From the IMG/VR virus record IMGVR_UViG_3300044970_001297, positions 1 to 64,000 of that record: a stretch of 64,000 nucleotides of DNA; one strand, written 5' to 3'. The position numbers were made by a program, and so were the translations under genes. Under the pieces are notes generated by a model. It was not told the DNA's origin. It was given only the letters and a program-made list of their open reading frames with translations, and ran no database searches. Source of the stretch: a virus. This document shows positions 1 through 10,595 of the stretch, in pieces; position 1 is the stretch's first letter, and each line of letters starts with the position of its first letter.

Positions 1-2
1 AA

Positions 3-902
3 AAGGGAGAGAGGGGTCCGCAGGGACTCCAAGGTTCAAAGGGCGAGAAAGGCGAGAGGGGCGAGGTAGGATCGCAAGGACCGAAGGGTGATCGTGGTGA
101 ACAGGGAATCCAAGGTCCAAAGGGAGACAAGGGTGACAAGGGAGATGCTGGTGAGGATGCCATCATCGATGTTCAGTATCCACTCGTCTACGACAAGACC
201 AAGAAGATAGTCACGCTCGACAGCAAGAACCTTCTTGATAAGATGGAGAAGGTATTTGCTCCTCTTGCAAACAAGAACTTCGATCTCTCCAAACTAGACT
301 GGCTTGCTGCATCGGGTGGCGGTGTCGGCATAAAGTTGAATGGCAAGTACATTCGATCCACCATCAATGACATAGACTTCCGTGGAAGTGGAGTAACCGT
401 TACACAGGCTGGTGGTGGTGTCATTGTCAACATCACTGGTGGTGGGGGCGGATCGGGTACGGTTCGATTCTACGAGCAGGACAATGCTCCAACGGGAATG
501 TCCGCTGGAGACATGTGGTTCGACACCGATGCTGGTGTTCTGTACCATGCCGTGACCGATGACTCGGGAATCATTTGGGTTGATTTCATCGGCACTGGTG
601 CATTGAACGCAGTTTACAACACAACTGCCGTCACAGGAAATACCTATTATGCCACAGGAAATGATTATTACATTGGTGTTAGTTACAATGGTCCTGTGAC
701 CGTCATACTTCCGTACAACATCGTCAATGGCAAGGAAATGGTTGTGAAGGACGAGAGCGGTCATGCTGGCGATGGAGTCCACAGGCAGATCACCATACAG
801 GGATCCTGTGGTGCAATGATAGACAACAAGAGCAGTGCTGTGCTGAACCTGAACAACGGAGCCATTCAGATGATCTACAGGAATGGATGGAGAATCATAT
901 GA
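3..902 (+). CDS. collagen-like tail fibre/virion protein (5'-truncated by window edge)
   Basis: The frame of ORF 243..902 is open back to nt 3 and reads Gly-X-Y repeats (KGERGPQGLQGSKGEKGERG). It is followed by 'APTGMSAGDMWFDTD' and a C-terminal 'VVKDESG...IQMIY-NGWRII' module typical of T4-like fibre proteins. Confidence 0.75.
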   Translation, partial: KGERGPQGLQGSKGEKGERGEVGSQGPKGDRGEQGIQGPKGDKGDKGDAGEDAIIDVQYPLVYDKTKKIVTLDSKNLLDKMEKVFAPLANKNFDLSKLDWLAASGGGVGIKLNGKYIRSTINDIDFRGSGVTVTQAGGGVIVNITGGGGGSGTVRFYEQDNAPTGMSAGDMWFDTDAGVLYHAVTDDSGIIWVDFIGTGALNAVYNTTAVTGNTYYATGNDYYIGVSYNGPVTVILPYNIVNGKEMVVKDESGHAGDGVHRQITIQGSCGAMIDNKSSAVLNLNNGAIQMIYRNGWRII

Positions 903-2134
903 GTTATCTTTTCAACAACGAGGTTGGGTTTGTTGGCAATGCCGTGGATGGTTTCAACCGCCTCAAGGTTTCTCAACCATTCACCCTGTTTGACAGTCAG
1001 CACAGATATCAGATGAACGACAAGTGGGACACATTCGGTGTCACTGGTGGAACTGCGACATTTGCCATAAACGAGAGTGCCGTCCACATGGTAGTAGGAG
1101 TTACGGCAGGAAGCAAGGTAACTCGGGAAACCAAGAGAGTATTTGCATATCAACCAGGAAAATCCCTTTTGATAATCAACACATTCGCAATGAATACGCC
1201 AAAGGATGGGCTGTTGCAGCGAGTTGGATATTTTGGAATCTCTGGTGGTGCTACATTCGGTGTTCCCGCAAACGGAGTCTATCTACAACAGGATGGGTTG
1301 ACCCTATCCATATGCCTTGCGAGTCAGTCGTTGAATACAATCACGAAGATCGAACAGTCTTCATGGAACGGAGATAAGTTCGATGGAAGTGGTGCTTCTG
1401 GAAGAACATTCGATGTCACCAAGGGAAACATCTTCTGGACTGACATAGAATGGCTTGGTGTTGGAGATGTCAGGACTGGCTTCTTTGTGGATGGCAGACC
1501 AGTCATAGCGCATACATTTCACAATGACAATGTTCACCCAACGACATACATGACAACAGCAGTTCTTCCATGTCGATATGAACTTGAGAATAAGACTGCC
1601 CAAGCAAGTGGAAGCACAATGCATCAGATATGCTCAACGGTCATGAGCGAAGGTGGATATGAAGGATTCAGCAGAAGATACAATATCACCAAATCTGATT
1701 CAACTCTAGCCACACTCACCACAGCAGGAGTTCAATATCCCATTATTGCACTTCGATTGAATTCACAAAGGTTGGATAGTGTCATTATTCCATCCAACAT
1801 ATCTGCTGTTGTTGAGCCAGGACAAAACAACAAGCCGCAAACTGTGCAATATAGAATTCTGTTGAATCCAACCCTAACAGGAAATACATGGACAACTCAT
1901 TTCAACGGAAATGTCGATTACAACATAACTGCCACAGCAGTCTCCGGTGGAACCGACATCATCGGTGGCTACATCAGTAGCAGTGGATCATTGGATATTT
2001 CCAACATCAATGACTTTAACTTCCAACTCGGAAGAACACAGACGGGGATCAGCGATACTTTTGTATTGACTATGACTCCACTAGTGGATGGAACTGAAAT
2101 AACCGCAGATCTCTCATGGTTTGAACTAGTCTAA
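899..2134 (+). CDS. virion structural protein (lectin/beta-sandwich-like), conserved in T4-like aquatic phages
   Basis: Long ORF overlapping the upstream stop (ATGA); 'VDGFNRLKVSQPFTLFDS', 'YQPGKS', 'IEWLGVG' motifs. Confidence 0.6.
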   Translation: MSYLFNNEVGFVGNAVDGFNRLKVSQPFTLFDSQHRYQMNDKWDTFGVTGGTATFAINESAVHMVVGVTAGSKVTRETKRVFAYQPGKSLLIINTFAMNTPKDGLLQRVGYFGISGGATFGVPANGVYLQQDGLTLSICLASQSLNTITKIEQSSWNGDKFDGSGASGRTFDVTKGNIFWTDIEWLGVGDVRTGFFVDGRPVIAHTFHNDNVHPTTYMTTAVLPCRYELENKTAQASGSTMHQICSTVMSEGGYEGFSRRYNITKSDSTLATLTTAGVQYPIIALRLNSQRLDSVIIPSNISAVVEPGQNNKPQTVQYRILLNPTLTGNTWTTHFNGNVDYNITATAVSGGTDIIGGYISSSGSLDISNINDFNFQLGRTQTGISDTFVLTMTPLVDGTEITADLSWFELV

Positions 2135-2135
2135 A

Positions 2136-2354
2136 ATGTCTATAAATTTCCCAAACAGCCCCTCCCTGAATCAGACCTATGTGTTCGGAAACATCACATG
2201 GGCATGGAATGGCTCTGCTTGGGACAAGGTTTCGACAGCCACGGGATACCTCGGGGCAACTGGACCGCAAGGACCAACAGGTGCTACAGGAGCAACTGGT
2301 GCCACAGGTGCTACAGGATCAATGCCAGCGATTCTTGATGGTGGTGTATTCTAG
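2136..2354 (+). CDS. small virion protein with collagen-like GAT repeats
   Basis: 'MSINFPNSPSLNQTY...WAWNGSAW' module plus GATGPQGPTGATG and C-terminal 'LDGGVF'. Confidence 0.6.
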   Translation: MSINFPNSPSLNQTYVFGNITWAWNGSAWDKVSTATGYLGATGPQGPTGATGATGATGATGSMPAILDGGVF

Positions 2355-2384
2355 AAGAAATAAATATGTAAATAAGGGATAAAA

Positions 2385-4538
2385 ATGGCAGATACTACCA
2401 TCAAAATCAAGAGAGGCTTAACTGCGGGGGTTGTTCCCTCTGGACTCACATACGGCGAACTTGCCGTGAATGTGGCAGATGCCATTCTATATGTTGGTGG
2501 TACAACTGGAGAAACCATACAAATAGTGGGTGGCGGTGGCGGTTCTGGTGGTTCTGGTTCTACAGGTGCCACTGGCGCAACTGGTGCCACAGGTGCTACA
2601 GGTCCAACAGGAGCAACGGGAGCCACTGGTCCAACAGGTGCCATTCCAACCGATTATGTAATTTCGTTCAATGGTCTTACTGGTGCAATAGGGATCACCG
2701 CAGGAAGCAATGTAACGATCACACAGAGTGGAAATACATTCACCATTTCCTCAAGTGGAAGTGGTGGTCCTGGTGCCACAGGTGCTACTGGTGCCACAGG
2801 TGCTACTGGTGCTACTGGTGCCACGGGTGCAACTGGTGAGATTGGACCACAAGGACCAACAGGTGCCACTGGTGCCACAGGTGCTACTGGTGCTACTGGT
2901 GCAACTGGTGCTATCCCAACAGATTATGTCATATCCGTGAACGGACAGACAGGTGCAGTCGCGAATGTTGCCAGGACAAATGAAGGAAATACTTTCTCCG
3001 TTGTTCAGGTGATGAATGCTGGCATCACATCCGCTGGTCTGTATGTGACGAGTGGATCTACATTCGATTCAACGATTGCGGCCACATCAGCGACAAACAC
3101 CGTTGATATAATTGCTTCTACAGATGGTGCTGGTTTACGCATCGCACAGGCAACATCTGGTGCAGGAAGTCGAATTGGTGGCATAAGGTTTGGGCGCGCA
3201 TCCACTGCTTCATTTAATTCATATCTTGAGAATGTATCTGGTGTGTTAACTGTGTACAATGGAACATCGAACACAGGTACAAACCTTTTCAATCTCAGCA
3301 CCTCACAGGCAAACTTCGGTGTTCCAGTTGGTGGAACGACATTCGATGGTGTGGTTGTCGCAAATGCTGGTTTGACAGCAACTGTTGCAAATGTCACACA
3401 GACAATCAATGTACCATTTCAATCAGTCGGCAATACCGCACAAAGAGTGAACATCGGTGTCTATGGAACAATGTCTGAGACATCATCCTCCGCAGCATTC
3501 ATCATTGGAAATGCAATTGCGGCATCCAAGCAATCGGCACAGCAGGTGGAGAAGACATCGTTTGATGAAGGTCAGTTCATCAGGATGCGCTATAATGTCG
3601 GCATGTCGTTCCATACTGGAGTGACTGGCAATGCAAACACGGAATATCCGGAAACCGTGAACACAAGAATGGTTGTGGATCTCAATGGAAATGTCGGAAT
3701 AAACACGACTGCTCCATCTTCCAAGTTGGATGTAGTCGGTGGCATCTCTGGCAGCAATCTCTACATCTCTGGTGGTTCCACATTCATCGGAAACATCTTT
3801 GCCCCGAACATCGTGAACTCGGTGAATGGCTTGACTGGTGCGGTTGGAATCGTTGCTGGAACAAATGTGACGATTACTCCAAGCGGAAACACGCTGACAA
3901 TATCCGCAAGTAGCGGTGGTAGCGGAGGTGGTGCGGCTGGATCAACGATCACCACGATAGACTTCTCGCAGTTGGTCAATCAAATCGAACTTGTCATATA
4001 TGGAGTTGGTGGAGATTTTGCGTCTTCGTTGCAGAATATAGAGCAGTATGGTGTTGAGAACACTACTGTTACTGTGGATACTGGATCTTCGAATTACACA
4101 ACATGTGCGTTGGAAAGCATTGAATCGTTTAACGACGACACCAATGGTTGGTCTGCTAGGATTGTGATAAAGCCACCGTTTGTCGGTGGAACAAGCACAA
4201 CAGCGGAAGGTGTGATTGGGGAGACAGTAAGCACCGTTTATGTTAATAATTCTGTTGTTGATGATTATTGGAATGGCATTCAATCGATTCGCCTCCTGCA
4301 CAAGGAAGAGACATATGCAGTCAAGACCATAACTGGTCAGTCGTGGGTCGCAGCAGATACCTTCATAACATGCAAGGTTCTTGGATTGACCTCCGACGAT
4401 CATGACGCAGAGGATGCAATCCTTGAGGGTGTTCGGTTTGAGATAAATAACATAGTCGCTGCGACTGGATTCGACCTCATCGGTCATGCTCCAGAGGGTA
4501 CTTACGGAAAATACAAGATAGAGTGTTTAGGATTCTAA
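2385..4538 (+). CDS. tail fibre protein with tropism-determinant-like N-terminus and collagen repeats
   Basis: N-terminal 'TIKIKRG...LTYGELAVN..D..LYVG'; (GAT)n repeats; repeated 'VxSxNGLTGA' joints; 'GNVGINTTAPSSKLDV'. Confidence 0.75.
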   Translation: MADTTIKIKRGLTAGVVPSGLTYGELAVNVADAILYVGGTTGETIQIVGGGGGSGGSGSTGATGATGATGATGPTGATGATGPTGAIPTDYVISFNGLTGAIGITAGSNVTITQSGNTFTISSSGSGGPGATGATGATGATGATGATGATGEIGPQGPTGATGATGATGATGATGAIPTDYVISVNGQTGAVANVARTNEGNTFSVVQVMNAGITSAGLYVTSGSTFDSTIAATSATNTVDIIASTDGAGLRIAQATSGAGSRIGGIRFGRASTASFNSYLENVSGVLTVYNGTSNTGTNLFNLSTSQANFGVPVGGTTFDGVVVANAGLTATVANVTQTINVPFQSVGNTAQRVNIGVYGTMSETSSSAAFIIGNAIAASKQSAQQVEKTSFDEGQFIRMRYNVGMSFHTGVTGNANTEYPETVNTRMVVDLNGNVGINTTAPSSKLDVVGGISGSNLYISGGSTFIGNIFAPNIVNSVNGLTGAVGIVAGTNVTITPSGNTLTISASSGGSGGGAAGSTITTIDFSQLVNQIELVIYGVGGDFASSLQNIEQYGVENTTVTVDTGSSNYTTCALESIESFNDDTNGWSARIVIKPPFVGGTSTTAEGVIGETVSTVYVNNSVVDDYWNGIQSIRLLHKEETYAVKTITGQSWVAADTFITCKVLGLTSDDHDAEDAILEGVRFEINNIVAATGFDLIGHAPEGTYGKYKIECLGF

Positions 4539-4548
4539 AGGAGAAACA

Positions 4549-6045
4549 ATGGGCGTTCAAATCAAAGGTGGAAATAATACGGCTGGTCTTGCAAATGTGA
4601 GTTCGACATACGAGTTGCAAGTAGTGACTCCACAGGTTGAGGAAAATGCAGGATTTGTCCAGTTGAGTACGGAAGTGGATCCTGGCGATGTGTTGGGAAC
4701 TCGCACCGTGATTCCTCCTGAATGTTCCGATGACTATCGTCTTCGTGTCGGTATTGACCAGACAATGTTCAATACAACCTTTGAAGGAACCGTCATTCTC
4801 ACGACCACATGGTCGCAGTTGCTCACCACAATGACAACCGCACAAGCCAGCGGATTCATGGTTCTAAACAACGGTACATCGACCACATCAGGACATGCCG
4901 CTTATGTTCGTTCACATAGACATTTCTCGACATTCGGAACCTATCCCACCTATGTGGACATGTGGATTCGCGAGACGAATCACACTTCCACGAACTCCGT
5001 CAGCGAATGGGGATTGCTGTATCTTACGGCACAAGCCACAGCGCAACCCATCGACGGTATTTTCTTCCGTCGTATTGCGGGTGGCACCCTGAAGGCAATT
5101 GTCACGAATAACTCTACAGATGTTGCTGATGTCACCATCACCACGACAAATGTTCCTGCGCGTGACGGTGTTGGTACATTTGATCCAACCGAATCCAATC
5201 ACTATCTGATTGTATTCCACAATGATATAGTCCGCTTCTGGATTAATGATGTGCTTGTTGCCGAGATCCCATGCCCCGCTGCACAGGCACAGTTCTCTGC
5301 ATCATCTGGAAATCCTGTTGGATTCCGTGTGGTCAACACTGGTACCGCATCCGCTGCTCGTCAACTTTCGGTTGGTTATGTGAATGTTGGATTTGGTGAT
5401 CAGAATACAAACAAGCCTTGGGCGCATGTTCTGTGTGGTTTGGGCAACGGAGCATATCAGTTCGCAAATGGCAATACGCCAGGACCAACAGTGACCCGCG
5501 CTGGTGCCACATATGGACACCCTGCAAGTGCAACTGCTCGTACTGCTGGTACATGGACCGCAACATCTGCTCCTGCTCTCAATAACCTTGGTGGTCTATG
5601 GACATCTCCTGCGATATCCACACTTACTTCAGACGCTGACTATCCAGTGTTTGCATTTCAGAATCCAACAGGAACTGCCACACTTCCTGGAAAAACTTTA
5701 TACATCACAGGTATTCGTGTTGGAGAAGCATATGTTTCCGCTGCGGCTTCAACCAACTCTATTTTACTATCATACATTGTGATGGTTGGCAGCAGTGCGG
5801 TTGCCACAAGTACAGCAGATGCTGCAACAACTGTTTCGGGAAAATCCATCACGGTGGGCGGACATGGGTTTTTAGCAACTGAAGCAACAGGAAGTTATAA
5901 GCCTGGATTCGAAGTGCAATTTAATTCGCCATTGATGGTTCCGGCAGGACACTACTTCCACTTTGTCGTGCGTCCATTTGGAACCGTGACATCCAACACT
6001 CTTGTGGTCACAAGCAGCCTCGCAGTAAACGGATATTTTGAATAA
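4549..6045 (+). CDS. putative virion/receptor-binding beta-sandwich protein (paralogue A)
   Basis: 498 aa with good SD (AAGGAG); colinear along its length with 6347..7852. Confidence 0.6.
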   Translation: MGVQIKGGNNTAGLANVSSTYELQVVTPQVEENAGFVQLSTEVDPGDVLGTRTVIPPECSDDYRLRVGIDQTMFNTTFEGTVILTTTWSQLLTTMTTAQASGFMVLNNGTSTTSGHAAYVRSHRHFSTFGTYPTYVDMWIRETNHTSTNSVSEWGLLYLTAQATAQPIDGIFFRRIAGGTLKAIVTNNSTDVADVTITTTNVPARDGVGTFDPTESNHYLIVFHNDIVRFWINDVLVAEIPCPAAQAQFSASSGNPVGFRVVNTGTASAARQLSVGYVNVGFGDQNTNKPWAHVLCGLGNGAYQFANGNTPGPTVTRAGATYGHPASATARTAGTWTATSAPALNNLGGLWTSPAISTLTSDADYPVFAFQNPTGTATLPGKTLYITGIRVGEAYVSAAASTNSILLSYIVMVGSSAVATSTADAATTVSGKSITVGGHGFLATEATGSYKPGFEVQFNSPLMVPAGHYFHFVVRPFGTVTSNTLVVTSSLAVNGYFE

Positions 6046-6329
6046 TGGCACTCATACAAATCGTACAAACTCCACACGGTGTTCCTGCGCTATACTGGAA
6101 ACTTGCTTCCGTCACTTTCAACATGAATGGTTCCTGTGCCATCAGGATGGATGGGTATTATGATGAATCTGCCCGTCAACAGGAGTGCGAGGTGTTGCGG
6201 CAGATTACATACACAGTGCAACCCACAGATATGCCAACAGTTTTCCCATCGGGATTTACCATTGCTGATGCATATGCGTATGTAAAGACTCAAGTTGAGT
6301 TTTCTTTTGCTGCTGTTGATGTACTCTGA
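6045..6329 (+). CDS. small tail-fibre-associated protein
   Basis: 'AYAYVKTQVEFSFAAVDV' C-terminal motif common to fibre accessory proteins; lies between the two paralogues. Confidence 0.5.
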   Translation: MALIQIVQTPHGVPALYWKLASVTFNMNGSCAIRMDGYYDESARQQECEVLRQITYTVQPTDMPTVFPSGFTIADAYAYVKTQVEFSFAAVDVL

Positions 6330-6346
6330 TTGGAAGGAACTATAAG

Positions 6347-7852
6347 ATGGGCGTAAAGATTACAAGCGGAAACAGTTCGATTGACTTGGTGGATTTGGAT
6401 TCATATCACCAACTCAAGGTGGTGACACCCCAAGACGGAGTGACTGCTGGATTTGCTAGTTTGAGTGCAGAAATAGATCCTGGTAGCATTCTCGGTTCGC
6501 GTAGTTTAAAAGCCATTGAGTCTTCTGATGATTACCGCGTTCGTGTGGGAACCGACCAAACTGTCTTCAATGCGACATTCGAAGGAACCACAATACTCAG
6601 TACACATTTCAGTACTGCCACAACAACTACTGGTGCTGTACAGGCTAACGGATTTCTTACGGTCAATTCTGCTGCGGCTGCTTCGATGATACAAAGCGGT
6701 GCTGCTGCATATGTCAGAACATGGAGAACTTTTCCTACATTCGGAACCTATCCTCTCTATGTGGATATGTGGATTTCCGAAGGTGGACCTCTAGCGGTGA
6801 ATGCAATAAGCGAATGGGGATTGTTATATCTTACGACACAAGCCACACAACAACCGCTTGATGGAATCTTTTTCAGACGCATTTCGGGTGGTCAACTGAA
6901 GGGCATCATCACAAGCAACACAATTGATATTACAGAAATAACATTAGACACACGCAATGTTCCTTCCCGAGATGGTTACGGCTCGTATGAGCCAGTAGAA
7001 ATGAACCACTACCTCATCACGGTTGACAACAATATTGTGAACTTCTGGATCAATGATGTACTCGTAGGAAGCATTCGATGTCCATCATCGCAGTCACAGT
7101 TTGCCAGTGCATCGGCTTTGCCTGTCGGATTCCGAGTGGTGAATATAGCAGTTGCATCGGCTGCTCGACAAATCAATGTCGGTTGTGTGAATGTTGGCTT
7201 TGGTGATCAGAACACAGATAAGCCTTGGTCAGATACAATGGTAGGAAGCGGTGCTGGAGCATACCAACTACAGATTGGAAACACGCCAGGACCAACGGTG
7301 ACTCGCGCTTCTGCTTCCACGGGACACCCTGCAAGTGGAACCGCTCGTACCGCTGGTACATGGACTGCCACATCTGCTCCAGCATTGAACAACTTGGGTG
7401 GGTTGTGGACATCTCCTGCCATCTCCACCCTGACATCCAGTGCGGACTATCCAGTGTTTGCATTTCAGAATCCAGCAGGATCCGCTACGCGACCAGGCAA
7501 AACCCTATACATCACGGGTGTTCGCATTGGAGACACAGTTCCATCCGTCGTAGCAGCAACCAATCCCATCTTCATATCATATATTGTGATGGTTGGTGGC
7601 AGTGCTGCCGCAACCAATACGGGAGATGCGGCAACGACCGTTTCTGGCAAATCCATTGTAATCGGTGGTCATGGGTTTATATCAACTGAAGCGGTTGGTA
7701 GCCACAAACCAGGATTTGAAATGAATTTTACATCTCCGCTCATGGTTCCTGCGGGACACTTCATCAGTTTGATAGTGCGTCCATTTGGAACCGTGACTGG
7801 CAACACGATGGTGTTGCGCGGAAGCGTTTTTTTCAATGGATATTTTGAGTGA
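6347..7852 (+). CDS. putative virion/receptor-binding beta-sandwich protein (paralogue B)
   Basis: Shares long identical blocks with 4549..6045 (e.g. TARTAGTWTATSAPALNNLGGLWTSPAISTLTS) and ends NGYFE. Confidence 0.6.
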   Translation: MGVKITSGNSSIDLVDLDSYHQLKVVTPQDGVTAGFASLSAEIDPGSILGSRSLKAIESSDDYRVRVGTDQTVFNATFEGTTILSTHFSTATTTTGAVQANGFLTVNSAAAASMIQSGAAAYVRTWRTFPTFGTYPLYVDMWISEGGPLAVNAISEWGLLYLTTQATQQPLDGIFFRRISGGQLKGIITSNTIDITEITLDTRNVPSRDGYGSYEPVEMNHYLITVDNNIVNFWINDVLVGSIRCPSSQSQFASASALPVGFRVVNIAVASAARQINVGCVNVGFGDQNTDKPWSDTMVGSGAGAYQLQIGNTPGPTVTRASASTGHPASGTARTAGTWTATSAPALNNLGGLWTSPAISTLTSSADYPVFAFQNPAGSATRPGKTLYITGVRIGDTVPSVVAATNPIFISYIVMVGGSAAATNTGDAATTVSGKSIVIGGHGFISTEAVGSHKPGFEMNFTSPLMVPAGHFISLIVRPFGTVTGNTMVLRGSVFFNGYFE

Positions 7853-7977
7853 CGCTATAATAATCAAACACAACAAGCGTTTGAAGTATCCTAAAAACAA
7901 TCTATAAAGCAATATTTTAGTATGCTTGAATCCAAGTGGATTCGGTGTACGATATCCATCGCTCAACGCTAAATAGA

Positions 7978-8022
7978 CATATCGGAGATTATATATAAAT
8001 GAGATAAACCCCCGATATGGAG
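7978..8022 (+). promoter_or_regulatory. late promoter (TATAAAT) inside a hairpin that abuts the SD of the first homing endonuclease gene
   Basis: CATATCGG (7978-7985) pairs with CCGATATG (8012-8019); SD GGAG at 8019-8022; TATAAAT at 7994-8000 in the loop. Confidence 0.6.
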
Positions 8023-8029
8023 TTGATGA

Positions 8030-8599
8030 ATGGAACCGACATATAAAGGATCATCTTGGTTGAACAGAGAAGTTGGCAACTACACAATCATTGGTATCGG
8101 AGATAAAATAAAATATCCAAGTCAGAAAGATCCGACTCAGATGTGGAAAGTTAGATGCAAGTGTGGGAAAGAAAAACAGATCAGCAAGTGGCATTTGATC
8201 TACGGAAATATTGCAGGATGCTCGGATTGCATCGGTGAGAGAAATAGATTTGAAAAAAGTCCAAATTGGAATTCCAGTGCAAAGAATGTTACTGGAATGT
8301 ATTTTGCGAAGATTAAAAAGTGTGCTGAAAAGCGTAATATCCCCTTTGAACTCTCCAGAGAAGAACTTGATTCAATATTTCAAAAACAGAATGGTCTATG
8401 TCGATACACCAAGATGGAACTTTTATTTGAATCTCATGGATGCAAAGGTACAGCGTCTCTTGATCGGATAGATAGTTCTCTCGGGTACACCAAAGACAAT
8501 GTTCAATGGGTTCATAAGGATGTGAACACGATCAAATGGGATCTTTCACATGATCAGTTTGTAAAACTTTGTAAGACTATAACGGAGAATTTTGAATGA
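8030..8599 (+). CDS. free-standing HNH-type homing endonuclease
   Basis: 'W-VRC-CG' and 'GCSDC' Zn motifs; 'TASLDRIDSSLGYTKDNVQWVHKDVNTIK' HNH-like core; AT-rich; overlaps the nrdJ start. Confidence 0.8.
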   Translation: MEPTYKGSSWLNREVGNYTIIGIGDKIKYPSQKDPTQMWKVRCKCGKEKQISKWHLIYGNIAGCSDCIGERNRFEKSPNWNSSAKNVTGMYFAKIKKCAEKRNIPFELSREELDSIFQKQNGLCRYTKMELLFESHGCKGTASLDRIDSSLGYTKDNVQWVHKDVNTIKWDLSHDQFVKLCKTITENFE

Positions 8600-10560
8600 G
8601 TGACAAGAAAACCCTTCCTACTTCCTACCAACACTTTATTTTTATCTCTAGGTACTCAAGATGGCTAGAAAAGGAGGGTAGGCGAGAGACATGGGAAGAG
8701 ACTGTGGAACGCTACTTCAAGTTCTTCGATGAACATCTTGCGAACAATAGGAAATACAACCTTGATCCTGCGCTTCGTCAGGAACTCAAGACCGCTGTCC
8801 TCAACCTTGAGATCATGCCTTCCATGCGTTCTCTCATGACCGCAGGAGAAGCACTCAAGCGAGACAATACCGCTGGCTACAACTGTTCATATGTTGCCGT
8901 AAACCGTGTCCGTGCATTCGATGAGATCCTCTACATATTGATGTGCGGCACAGGCGTAGGCTTTTCTGTGGAGAGGCAATATGTCGAGAAACTTCCTACA
9001 ATCGCTGAAGCATTCACTGACTCTGATACCACGATTGTGGTGCAGGATTCGAAGGCGGGTTGGGCAAAGGCTTTCAGGGAACTCGTCTCTCTTCTTATTG
9101 GAGGTCAAGTACCCCAATGGGATCTGTCAAAGATTCGTCCTGCGGGAGCAAGACTTAAGACTTTTGGAGGTCGCGCGAGTGGACCAAAGCCATTGGAGGA
9201 TCTGTTTAGATTCACCGTTGACACCTTTAGAAGAGCAGCAGGGCGGAAACTCACTAGCATCGAATGCCATGATATCGTCTGCAAGGTTGCGGAGATTGTC
9301 GTCGTCGGAGGAGTACGACGCTCTGCTCTTATCTCGCTTTCAAACCTGACTGACGAGAGAATGCGCGATGCAAAGACAGGTGCATGGTGGAACGACAATC
9401 CACAACGCGCACTTGCAAACAACTCAGTTGCATACAAGGAGAAGCCCGAGATCGGCGTGTTCATGGACGAGTGGGTTTCCCTCTACAAGTCCAAGAGCGG
9501 AGAGCGTGGAATCTTCAATCGTGCGGCAGCACAAAAGACCGTTGCGAAGTTGGGTGATCGTCGCGATCCAAACTACGAGTTTGGAACGAATCCATGCAGC
9601 GAGATCATCCTTCGTGATTGCGAGTTCTGCAACCTCACGGAAGTCGTTGTTCGCCCTGAAGACACTTACGAATCACTCCGTCGCAAGGTTAAACTTGCAT
9701 CTATTCTGGGAACATGGCAAGCATCGCTGACTCATTTCCCATACCTCTCATCGTCATGGCAGAGGAACTGCGAGGAGGAGGCACTCCTTGGTGTATCGCT
9801 CACAGGCATCCTTGACAACAAGATGATGCGTGGTGAGGATGGTTCACTGGAAAACATCCTCACGGGTTTGAGAGTTGAAGCAGAAGAGACAAACAAGGCT
9901 TGGGCAGCAAACATTGGAATCAATCCTGCTGCGGCAATCACATGCGTCAAGCCGAGTGGAACTGTGTCTCAGTTGACCGATTCGGCATCGGGTATCCATC
10001 CTCGCCACAACGAGTACTACATCCGTACCGTTCGTGCGGATCGCAAGGATCCACTATGTCAGATGATGATCGACATGGGATTCCCCGCAGAGCCTTGTGT
10101 GATGAAGCCAGACCACACGATGGTCTTCTCGTTCCCAATGAAGGCAGAGGGTTCCGTGACACGCAACGACCTGACTGCAATCGAACATCTTCAGTTGTGG
10201 CTTGAGTATCAGCGTCATTGGTGCGAACACAAGCCATCAATCACCATCACCGTGCGCGAGCATGAGTGGATGGAGGTCGGCGCATTCGTCTATCGACACT
10301 TCGATGAGATCAGCGGCATTTCCTTCTTGCCCATGGACTTGGGTACATACCGACAGGCTCCTTATCAAGATTGCACTAAGGCTCAATATGAAGACCTTCT
10401 TGCAAAGATGCCAACGGGCGTTGATTGGGCAACATTAAAGCAGTATGAGAAACAGGATAATACTGCTAGTTCTCAATCATTCGCTTGTTCGGCTGGATCG
10501 TGTGAATTGGTAGATATAACATCCGATTCCGACAAGACCGCATTTCCCACACAGAGATAA
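8596..10560 (+). CDS. nrdJ: class II (adenosylcobalamin-dependent) ribonucleotide reductase
   Basis: 'YNCSY', 'GTGVGFSV', 'VVVGGVRRSALISL', 'GTNPCSEI', 'CNLTEV', 'TCVKPSGTVSQL', C-terminal 'ACSAGSCE'; no beta subunit nearby. Confidence 0.95.
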   Translation: MSDKKTLPTSYQHFIFISRYSRWLEKEGRRETWEETVERYFKFFDEHLANNRKYNLDPALRQELKTAVLNLEIMPSMRSLMTAGEALKRDNTAGYNCSYVAVNRVRAFDEILYILMCGTGVGFSVERQYVEKLPTIAEAFTDSDTTIVVQDSKAGWAKAFRELVSLLIGGQVPQWDLSKIRPAGARLKTFGGRASGPKPLEDLFRFTVDTFRRAAGRKLTSIECHDIVCKVAEIVVVGGVRRSALISLSNLTDERMRDAKTGAWWNDNPQRALANNSVAYKEKPEIGVFMDEWVSLYKSKSGERGIFNRAAAQKTVAKLGDRRDPNYEFGTNPCSEIILRDCEFCNLTEVVVRPEDTYESLRRKVKLASILGTWQASLTHFPYLSSSWQRNCEEEALLGVSLTGILDNKMMRGEDGSLENILTGLRVEAEETNKAWAANIGINPAAAITCVKPSGTVSQLTDSASGIHPRHNEYYIRTVRADRKDPLCQMMIDMGFPAEPCVMKPDHTMVFSFPMKAEGSVTRNDLTAIEHLQLWLEYQRHWCEHKPSITITVREHEWMEVGAFVYRHFDEISGISFLPMDLGTYRQAPYQDCTKAQYEDLLAKMPTGVDWATLKQYEKQDNTASSQSFACSAGSCELVDITSDSDKTAFPTQR

Positions 10561-10588
10561 ATATGTTTATACATATCTGTGTGGGAGG
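10545..10588 (+). promoter_or_regulatory. SD-sequestering hairpin with late promoter(s) in the loop (second HEG)
   Basis: TCCCACACAGA (10545-10555) pairs with TCTGTGTGGGA (10576-10586), covering SD GGGAGG; the loop contains ATAAATA and TATACATA. Confidence 0.7.
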
Positions 10589-10595
10589 ATAGTAA

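Noticed and set aside
2241-2915. Short tandem repeats (ggtgccacaggtgctact...) as a CRISPR or satellite array
   Set aside because: They encode collagen-like Gly-Ala-Thr repeats in frame; there are no unique spacers.
5471-7475. Near-identical blocks in the two paralogues (and an Mtd-like N-terminus at 2385) as a diversity-generating retroelement TR/VR pair
   Set aside because: Both copies are coding, differences are mostly synonymous and not adenine-specific, and there is no reverse transcriptase in the window.
8596-10560. Intron or intein in nrdJ
   Set aside because: The ORF is continuous, of normal length, with no intein motifs; the HEGs are free-standing.
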